A model generated the notes under the pieces. It was not told the origin of the DNA. It made no database searches and saw only the letters and a program-made list of their open reading frames with translations. A DNA stretch of 64,000 nt, from positions 282 through 64,281 of the forward strand of contig DASYRA010000001.1 in the NCBI GenBank assembly GCA_036004845.1, given 5' to 3'. This document shows positions 57,190-64,000 of the stretch, piece by piece; position 1 is the first letter of the stretch, and each line of letters begins with the position of its first letter. This stretch comes from Candidatus Limnocylindria bacterium. GTDB lineage: Bacteria; Chloroflexota; Limnocylindria; QHBO01. Made by a program: the position numbers and the translations under genes.

Positions 57190-58641
57190 TCAGGCGAGTC
57201 GCAGCCGGGTGCGGATGTGCGGCCCGCCGGAGCCGTTGGGGACGAGCTCCTTCCAGCCTTTGCCGCACGTGCCGGGCGTGATCTGGAAGTCGTTGGCGAC
57301 CATCGACACATCAGCCAGGACGTCTGGCACGTAGCCGGTCATGGCGACCGGCGCGAACAGGACACCGGTGGGCTTGCCCTTCTTGACCTCGCGGGCGAAG
57401 TTCGTCCAGATCTGGATGCCCCAGCCCTTCGGATCCTCCATCCCATTCAGGGCGCGACACACCAGCAGGCCATCATCCAGGCTCGCGACGAGCTCCTCCG
57501 GGGTGTGCGTCCCACGGGCGAAGAAGGTGTTCGACATCCGCGCATAGGCCTTCCGATGCACGCTCTCGCGTCGTCCGTTGGCGGAACGCGGGATCCCCAG
57601 TCGGGTCGCCGAGTAGAGGTCGGTGAGGCCGCGCTGGAAGACCCCGTCGCGAATGATCACGGTGGGCGAAGCCGGCTGTCCCTCATCGTCGATGTAGTAG
57701 CCGCCATAACCGCCCGGGGCCGTCGCGTCGTCGATGATGGTGACCAGGTCCGACCCGACCCGCTGCCCGACGTAGTCCGCGGCGCGGGCCCGTTCCTTGA
57801 GGAACATGTCCGTCTCGACGCCGTGGCCGAACGCCTCATGGGCGATCGTGCCGCTCACCGACGGGTCGGCCACGATGTCGTACACCCCCGCCGGGACGGG
57901 CCGCGCCGTCAGGAGCCCCACGGCGATCTCGGCCATCTCGGCGAGGTCCGCCGGGGGGACCTCGATCACCTCGAGGCCGCCGGTCCCGCCGCGCCCGAAG
58001 TAGTCGTAGCGCTGCTGCTGGCCGTCCGATACGAACAGGACCAGGGCAAGCGTCGTGCGGCGGACCTGCTGCGTCACCATCCCGACCCGGTTGACGAAGA
58101 CCTGCTGCTGCAGCGTCTCGCCGTAGCCTGCCGAGGCCTGCACCGCCCGACGGTCGGACGCTCGCAGCTGCTGCCGAATCGCCTCGTAGCGGGCGAGCTT
58201 GTCGGCCAGCGTCAGGCTGGCAGGGTCGATCTGCATCGGCGTGGCGTAGTCCGCATCAGCCGGCGCCTCCGGCACGATGTCGAGCGTCGGCGCTGTGCTA
58301 TTCGTCGCGCGTGAACGGACCGCCGCCACGAGCTCTGCCGCGGCGGCGCGCACCGAGTCGGGATCCGTACGGTCGGTGGCGGTCTCCTCCAGCGCGTGGC
58401 CGTTCGACGCGGTCAGCACCACGCCGGCCAGGGGATCGAGCCGATTGGCCGTCTGGCCCCCATCCCGCAGGTCCACCCGCAGGCCGTCGCTGGCGCGCAT
58501 CAGGGCGGCGGCGTAGGGGACCGAACGCTCCATCTCGGCCACGATCTCGCGCAGGAAGCCAAATCGCGAGCGCAGATCCGCCGCCGCGGCGGCATCGCGT
58601 TCGGTGAGCGCGAGCGCTCCGGCATCGGTCATGGTCGGCAT
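57190..58641 (-). CDS. tldD: TldD-family zinc metalloprotease
   Basis: HEAFGHGVE (HExxxH), GYYIDDEGQP, GMEDPKGWGIQ. Start is ATG 58641 or ATG 58632; the track's upstream extension is not TldD-like. Confidence 0.88.
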   Translation of the reverse strand: MPTMTDAGALALTERDAAAAADLRSRFGFLREIVAEMERSVPYAAALMRASDGLRVDLRDGGQTANRLDPLAGVVLTASNGHALEETATDRTDPDSVRAAAAELVAAVRSRATNSTAPTLDIVPEAPADADYATPMQIDPASLTLADKLARYEAIRQQLRASDRRAVQASAGYGETLQQQVFVNRVGMVTQQVRRTTLALVLFVSDGQQQRYDYFGRGGTGGLEVIEVPPADLAEMAEIAVGLLTARPVPAGVYDIVADPSVSGTIAHEAFGHGVETDMFLKERARAADYVGQRVGSDLVTIIDDATAPGGYGGYYIDDEGQPASPTVIIRDGVFQRGLTDLYSATRLGIPRSANGRRESVHRKAYARMSNTFFARGTHTPEELVASLDDGLLVCRALNGMEDPKGWGIQIWTNFAREVKKGKPTGVLFAPVAMTGYVPDVLADVSMVANDFQITPGTCGKGWKELVPNGSGGPHIRTRLRLA

Positions 58642-58740
58642 AGGGTAGCCGGGAACGCGCCACCGGGGAGGAATCCCCGTTGCGCTAGACTCGGCGCCCA
58701 TGGGACCTGCCCCTTGGGCTGACGTCGGACGGGTGGGGCA

Positions 58741-59145
58741 TTGATCCCGCACGCCGCCGGCGTCGTCGTCCTGGCCACCGGGCTGGCCGGATGCGCGCTC
58801 ATCGGCGACCTACCCGGCAGGGGCCTGCCTCCGGTCACCGCCGACCTGTCGGTCTACAACCGGACGGAGGAGGACATCTTCCTGGTGGCGGCCGATGGTG
58901 AGCGCCTCTCCGTTCCTGCCTGCGGCGATGCTCGCGATCCTTCCTTCAGGATCGACCAGGTGGAGGTTCGCACCGAGGCGGGCTACATCCGCGCCTTTGG
59001 GATGGGCGACTCATTCCTGGAGGGCCGCCAGCTCTTCCTGGTCGAGGTCGCCAGTACATTCGCGGACGGCATCCCGGAAGAACGTCAGGTCGCGCCCGAG
59101 CTGCCTCCCTGTGAGGGCCATCCCGCGGTACAGCCAGGGGCCTGA
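58741..59145 (+). CDS. Putative lipoprotein (134 aa)
   Basis: TTG start. Signal peptide with lipobox VVVLATGLAGC. No family recognised. Confidence 0.6.
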   Translation: MIPHAAGVVVLATGLAGCALIGDLPGRGLPPVTADLSVYNRTEEDIFLVAADGERLSVPACGDARDPSFRIDQVEVRTEAGYIRAFGMGDSFLEGRQLFLVEVASTFADGIPEERQVAPELPPCEGHPAVQPGA

Positions 59146-59245
59146 TCCGTCAGGGTCGGACTGGGCTAGACTCGATGGCCCATCCATCGGTCATCAACAC
59201 CTGTTGCCTATCGGGAGCGTCGACACCACTGTGCCTGCCCCCAAC

Positions 59246-60601
59246 ATGGAGCTCATCGTCAGTCTCGCCAAGCGCCGCGGATTCGTCTTCGGCGGGAGCG
59301 ACATCTACGGCGGCATGGCCGGCTTCTGGGACTATGGCCCGCTGGGGGTGGAGCTCAAGAACAACATCAAGGCGTCCTGGTGGCGCCAGATGGTGCAGCT
59401 GCGCGACGACATCGTCGGGCTCGACGCGGCGGTGATCATGAACCCACGGGTCTGGGAGGCGTCAGGCCACGTTGCCGGCTTCAGCGACCCGATGGTCGAC
59501 TGCCGCAGCTGCAAGCTCCGCTTCCGCGCGGAGGACCTCAAAGGACCGCCGTCGGAGATCGCCTGTCCGAACTGCGGCAACCGCGGCACCCTCACCGAGC
59601 CCCGCCAGTTCCACCTCATGTTCCGCACCCACGTTGGGCCGGTCGAGGAGTCGGCATCGGTCGCCTACCTGCGACCCGAGACCGCGCAGGGGATCTTCGT
59701 GAACTTCGCGAACGTGGCCACCACCGCGCGCAAGAAGCTGCCGTTCGGGATCGCACAGATCGGGAAGAGCTTCCGCAACGAGATCACGCCGGGCAACTTC
59801 ATCTTCCGCGACCGCGAGTTCGAGCAGATGGAGATGGAGTTCTTCGTCCATCCCTCGCAGGAGGACCAGTGGTTCGCCTACTGGGTCGAGGAGCGCCTAC
59901 GCTGGTGGACCGATGCGATGGGGATCGGCGCCGATCGGCTCCGGCTGCGCCCGCACGAGGCGGACGAGCTGTCCCACTACAGCCGCCAGACGACCGACAT
60001 CGAGTACGCCTTCCCGATGGGCTGGTCCGAGCTGGAGGGGGTCGCCGACCGGACCGACTATGACCTGAAGGCACACACCGCGGGCTCCGGCAAGGCCCTG
60101 ACCATCTTCGACGACGCCAGCGGCGAGCAGGTGACGCCCTTCGTCATCGAGCCGGCGATGGGGGTCGACCGCGCCGTCCTGACCGTCCTGCTCGACGCCT
60201 ACGAGGAGCAGCAGGTCGAGGGCGAGAAGCGAGTGGTGCTGCACATCCGCCCCTCGCTGGCGCCGATCAAGGTGGCGGTCATGCCGCTCCTCCGCAACCG
60301 GCCCGAGCTGGTTGCGCTGGGGCAGCGCCTGGCCGCTGACCTGAAGACCATGATGCCGGCCGTCTACGACGACACGGCCAGCATCGGCAAGCTGTACCGC
60401 CGGCAGGACGAGGTGGGGACGCCGTTCTGCGTGACGGTCGACGTCGACACGCTGACCGATGGCGCCGCCACGATCCGGGAACGCGACACGATGACGCAGG
60501 AGCGCGTGGCGATGTCGGCACTGCCCGAGCGGATCGCCGGGCTGGTCTCCGGATCCACCTGGGAGGGCATCCACCGTGAGCGAGCTCCGGCCGGCGAGTA
60601 G
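59246..60601 (+). CDS. glyQS: Glycine--tRNA ligase (class II, alpha2 GlyQS type)
   Basis: MELIVSLAKRRGFVFGGSDIYGGMAGFWDYGPLG, FRAEDL, RPETAQGIF, FRNEITPG, REFEQME. Alternative GTG start at 59231. Confidence 0.94.
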   Translation: MELIVSLAKRRGFVFGGSDIYGGMAGFWDYGPLGVELKNNIKASWWRQMVQLRDDIVGLDAAVIMNPRVWEASGHVAGFSDPMVDCRSCKLRFRAEDLKGPPSEIACPNCGNRGTLTEPRQFHLMFRTHVGPVEESASVAYLRPETAQGIFVNFANVATTARKKLPFGIAQIGKSFRNEITPGNFIFRDREFEQMEMEFFVHPSQEDQWFAYWVEERLRWWTDAMGIGADRLRLRPHEADELSHYSRQTTDIEYAFPMGWSELEGVADRTDYDLKAHTAGSGKALTIFDDASGEQVTPFVIEPAMGVDRAVLTVLLDAYEEQQVEGEKRVVLHIRPSLAPIKVAVMPLLRNRPELVALGQRLAADLKTMMPAVYDDTASIGKLYRRQDEVGTPFCVTVDVDTLTDGAATIRERDTMTQERVAMSALPERIAGLVSGSTWEGIHRERAPAGE

Positions 60602-61310
60602 CGTGGGCCTCGACCACCAGGAGGTCCTGCGCCGGGCCGATGCGCTGCTGGCCGAGCGGCCGGGCGACGACGCGGCGCACGAGGCACGGGCACGGGCGCT
60701 CCTGGCCCTTGATCGCCTCGAGGAAGCGGAGAGGGACGCCATGGATGCGGTCCGCCTCGACCCCGAGGAGATCCGCTACCGCGAGCTGCTGGCTGAGATC
60801 CAGTCGCGGCGCGGTGAGCACGCCGACGCGGCAGCCGAATACGCCCGCCTCTCGCGCCGCGACCCGGGCCAGGTGGCCTGGACGGTGGGGGAAGCGGCCG
60901 AGCGAATCGAGGCCGCCGACGCTGAGAAGGGGGTCGAGGCGGCCCGTCGCGCCGTCCGCCTCGATCCCGGCAGCTTCGACGCACAGCTGGCGCTGGCGCG
61001 CGGCCTCGTCCACCTCGGTGATGCGGCGGCCGCGCTCCCCGCGGCGACTCGCGCGTCGAGCCTCCGTCCGGGCGACGCGGCCGCGCGCGAGGCGCTGGCC
61101 GATGCGCTGTGGCTGGCCGCCCGCGAGCCGGCCGCCTTCGACGAGTTCGCCGCCCTGGCCAGGGAGCTGTCCGGCACCGACCGGGAGCGAGTCCGCGCCA
61201 AGGCCCGGTCGCTGTACCGGCAACGGGCCGGCTGGCTGGGCCGGCTCCTCGCTTCGTCGCGCGGGATCTTCGCGTTCGCCCTCCGCCGCGGCTGGCTGCG
61301 GGTCCGATGA
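60576..61310 (+). CDS. TPR-repeat protein (244 aa)
   Basis: Ala/Arg/Glu-rich helical repeats (ARARALLALDRLEEAERDAMDAVRLDP..., AARRAVRLDP...). Hydrophobic C-terminus. Start is GTG 60576 (overlaps glyQS) or GTG 60603. Confidence 0.6.
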   Translation: MSELRPASSVGLDHQEVLRRADALLAERPGDDAAHEARARALLALDRLEEAERDAMDAVRLDPEEIRYRELLAEIQSRRGEHADAAAEYARLSRRDPGQVAWTVGEAAERIEAADAEKGVEAARRAVRLDPGSFDAQLALARGLVHLGDAAAALPAATRASSLRPGDAAAREALADALWLAAREPAAFDEFAALARELSGTDRERVRAKARSLYRQRAGWLGRLLASSRGIFAFALRRGWLRVR

Positions 61311-61660
61311 AGGTTGGCGACCTTCGCGAGCGCCTGGCCGCGGCGATGGCGAGCGCCATGCGACGCCAGGAGCCGGAGGCGGTGGCGCTGACCGCCGATC
61401 GGGCCAAGGCGATGGCCGTGGCGATGGCCGGCATGGATGCGACGGCCGAGGTCGACCCGGAGGCGCTGGTGGTCGGCACCCGTCAGGTGGCGATCATCCT
61501 GGGCTTTCACCCCGAGCATGTGCGGCGCCTGATTCGCACCGGGCGCCTGCACGCGACCCTCGTCCGCGGCGACTACCAGGTGGCGCTGTCGGACCTGTGG
61601 CCGTTCCTCGAGGTTCGATATCGCCAGCCCGGCCGGCGCCGGATCCAGCCGCGGCGGTGA
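61307..61660 (+). CDS. Excisionase-family (MerR-like HTH_17) DNA-binding protein (117 aa)
   Basis: VGTRQVAIILGFHPEHVRRLIRTGRLHATLVRGDYQVALSDLWPFLE matches the helix-turn-helix excisionase-type pattern. ATGA overlap with the TPR ORF. Confidence 0.6.
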   Translation: MKVGDLRERLAAAMASAMRRQEPEAVALTADRAKAMAVAMAGMDATAEVDPEALVVGTRQVAIILGFHPEHVRRLIRTGRLHATLVRGDYQVALSDLWPFLEVRYRQPGRRRIQPRR

Positions 61661-61716
61661 TTTCGATCCGGCCCGCCAATCTCGGCCTGACGCCTGGGAG
61701 GACCACCACGCCCGCG

Positions 61717-62094
61717 GTGCGTCGCAAGCTGGCTGTGCTCCTGGCGCCGCTCCAGGCCGCGCTGTTAGCCGCGTGCGCCTCTGCTCCTGTGGGCCCGGTG
61801 CGGATCAACACGGGGGCGCCGAGCAACATCTGTGCCATGGCACGGGTCGGCGGCATCCTTGCGTACGACACGACCTATGGGCTCGGGTTCGAGAGCGGTG
61901 ACCGCGTTCGCGTGGTCGTGTGGCCGAACGGCTATTCCGCCCGCCGCGAGCAGGATGGCGTCGTGGTCCTCATCGACCCCTCGGGTCGGATCGTTGCCCG
62001 GGAAGGGGATACGATCGTCGCGGCTGGGGCGAACGGCGACAACGCGGTCTTTGTGGAGTGCTATCTCGAGGTGAACCCGTCTCCCGCCTCGTGA
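61717..62094 (+). CDS. Putative lipoprotein (125 aa)
   Basis: GTG start gives VRRKLAVLLAPLQAALLAACASAP (lipobox LLAAC). Beta-rich mature part. Alternative GTG 61657 overlaps the previous stop. Confidence 0.6.
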   Translation: MRRKLAVLLAPLQAALLAACASAPVGPVRINTGAPSNICAMARVGGILAYDTTYGLGFESGDRVRVVVWPNGYSARREQDGVVVLIDPSGRIVAREGDTIVAAGANGDNAVFVECYLEVNPSPAS

Positions 62095-62175
62095 CGGTGG
62101 CCACCCGGGCGCCACGGCGCTGGAAGATCGGTACAATCGCCACTCCCGAGCCTCCCAAGGAGCACCGCTAGCCGG

Positions 62176-64000
62176 ATGGCCACGACCGCCGCAAAGCTGA
62201 TCTACACCTTCCCGGAGGGGAACGCGGGCATGCGCGCGCTGCTCGGCGGCAAGGGTGCGGGCCTGGCCGAGATGACGAATGCGGGGCTGCCAGTCCCGCC
62301 CGGCTTCACCATCACCACCGAGGCGTGCAACGCCTACTACGCGGCCGGCAAGCAGGTGCCCCCAGGCCTGTGGGACGACGTGCTCGCCCACATGACCGCG
62401 CTCGAACAGGAGACCGGCAAGCAGTTCGGCGACCCGTCCAACCCGCTCCTCGTGAGCGTCCGATCGGGCGCGGCGTTCAGCATGCCGGGGATGATGGACA
62501 CGGTCCTCAACCTGGGCCTCAACCCCGACACGGTTGCCGGCCTGATCGCGCTCACCGGCAACGAGCGCTTTGGCTACGACGCCTGGCGCCGCTTCGTGGC
62601 CATGTTCGGGCGCATCGTGCTCGACATTCCGGCCACCGCCTTCGACGAGCCGTTCGACGCGCTCAAGGCCAAGCGCGGCGTGAAGCTCGACACCGAGCTC
62701 AGCGCGGACGATCTCAAGGAGGCGGCCGACGAGTATCGGGCCATCGTCCGCACCGCCACCGGCGAGGACTTCCCGACCGACCCGTACAAGCAGCTCGAGC
62801 TGGCGGTGCGAGCGGTCTTCGACAGCTGGTTCGGGAAGCGAGCGCATGACTACCGGGAGTTCAACAGGATCCCGCACGACCTGGGGACCGCCGTCAACAT
62901 CGTGACCATGGTGTTCGGCAACATGGGCGCCGATTCGGGTACCGGGGTCGCGTTCACCCGCGACCCAAACACCGGGGAGCGCGTCCTCTACGGCGAGTAC
63001 CTGACCAATGCCCAGGGCGAGGACGTGGTGGCCGGGGTGCGCACGCCCGCCAAGATCAGCCAGATGCGCGACGAGCTGCCCGAGGTGTACCAGCAGTTCA
63101 CCGAGATCGGCGAGCGGCTGGAGCGACACTACCGCGACGTCCAGGACCTGGAGTTCACGATCGAGCGCGGCAAGCTGTACATGCTCCAGACCCGATCGGC
63201 GAAGCGCACCGCACCGGCCGCGGTCAAGATCGCGGTGGACATGGTGGGGGAGGGGATCCTGACCCGCGAGGAGGCGCTCGGCCGGGTCGAGCCCGCACAG
63301 ATCGTGCAGCTGCTGCTGCCTCGCTTCGATGAGGCGGCCAAGGGCAAGGCTGGGGATCGCTTCCTTGCCAAAGGCCTGAACGCGTCACCCGGAGCCGCCA
63401 CCGGGCAGGCGGTCTTCGACCCGGATCGGGCCGAGGAGGTCAAGGCGGCGGGCCAGCCGGTGATCCTGGTCCGCATCGAGACCAGCCCAGACGACGTCCA
63501 CGGCATGCTCGCCGCCCGAGGGGTGCTCACCGCACGCGGAGGGGCGACCAGCCACGCGGCGGTGGTGGCGCGCAGCATGGGCCTCCCGTGCGTCGCCGGC
63601 GCCGAGTCGCTGCACATCGACTACGGGGCCCGCACCATGGAGGCCGGCGGCACCACCGTCCGCGAGGGGGAGATGATCAGCATCGACGGCACCACCGGCG
63701 AGATCTACGCCGGCGAGCTGCCGACCATCGAGGCGCGCTTCGAGGACGAGCACGACCTGGCCACCCTGCTTGGCTGGGCCGATGCCGTCCGCCGCCTGCA
63801 GGTATGGGCCAATGCGGACTACCCGCGTGACGCCGAGCGTGCCCGCGCCTTCGGTGCCCAGGGCATCGGCCTGTGCCGGACCGAGCACATGTTCTTCGAG
63901 GAGGAGCGGCTGCCCACCGTGCGCCGCATGATCCTCGCCGCGACCCGGGCCACCGAGGCCAAGCGGCGCCTGGGGAGCGGGCATGAGATCTCGGCCGATG
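62176..64000 (+). CDS. ppdK: Pyruvate, phosphate dikinase (3' end outside window)
   Basis: Hand translation: MATTAAKLIYTFPEGNAGMRALLGGKGAGLAEMTNAGLPVPPGFTITTEACNAYY. Phospho-His region TARGGATSHAAVVARSMGLPCVAG at ~63535-63600. Frame stays open to the window end. Confidence 0.95.
   Translation, partial: MATTAAKLIYTFPEGNAGMRALLGGKGAGLAEMTNAGLPVPPGFTITTEACNAYYAAGKQVPPGLWDDVLAHMTALEQETGKQFGDPSNPLLVSVRSGAAFSMPGMMDTVLNLGLNPDTVAGLIALTGNERFGYDAWRRFVAMFGRIVLDIPATAFDEPFDALKAKRGVKLDTELSADDLKEAADEYRAIVRTATGEDFPTDPYKQLELAVRAVFDSWFGKRAHDYREFNRIPHDLGTAVNIVTMVFGNMGADSGTGVAFTRDPNTGERVLYGEYLTNAQGEDVVAGVRTPAKISQMRDELPEVYQQFTEIGERLERHYRDVQDLEFTIERGKLYMLQTRSAKRTAPAAVKIAVDMVGEGILTREEALGRVEPAQIVQLLLPRFDEAAKGKAGDRFLAKGLNASPGAATGQAVFDPDRAEEVKAAGQPVILVRIETSPDDVHGMLAARGVLTARGGATSHAAVVARSMGLPCVAGAESLHIDYGARTMEAGGTTVREGEMISIDGTTGEIYAGELPTIEARFEDEHDLATLLGWADAVRRLQVWANADYPRDAERARAFGAQGIGLCRTEHMFFEEERLPTVRRMILAATRATEAKRRLGSGHEISAD

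Noticed and set aside
62132-62137. TACAAT as the -10 of a ppdK promoter. I also considered TAGACT boxes at 58686 and 59166.
   Set aside because: No acceptable -35 or extended -10 lies at the right spacing, so I do not report them as promoters.

Overview
Very GC-rich bacterial chromosomal segment: third codon positions are almost always G/C. Gene order and protein signatures look Chloroflexota or deep-Terrabacteria-like, but taxonomy cannot be fixed from this window. Nearly everything is on the + strand and tightly packed, with many 1-11 nt start/stop overlaps (ATGA/GTGA). In order: 3' part of rpoB; rpoC; a ~3 kb lower-GC insertion (IS1-family element with cargo ORFs and a tRNA-like module); str operon (rpsL-rpsG-fusA-tuf); S10, spc and alpha ribosomal-protein operons including secY-adk-map-infA-rpmJ and rpoA-rplQ; truA-rplM-rpsI; cdaA-cdaR-glmM-glmS; acpS-nnrD-alr; a seven-gene translationally coupled operon of unknown function (membrane proteins, a GlmL/MutL-like actin-fold ATPase, a barrel/KOW-like protein); tsaE-tsaB-rimI-tsaD; rsmA-ispE; ridA-glmU; a CNNM/CBS protein; polyprenyl synthase (-); recO; pmbA/tldD (-); a lipoprotein; glyQS; a TPR-HTH-lipoprotein trio; 5' part of ppdK. 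I saw no rRNA, canonical tRNA or CRISPR array. The many long minus-strand ORFs in the track are GC-driven antisense shadows. Most notable: (1) the mobile island between rpoC and the rpsL promoter, (2) its alanine-identity tRNA-like element, (3) the uncharacterised operon at 40.3-46.3 kb. All family calls come from motif recognition by eye; no database search was run.
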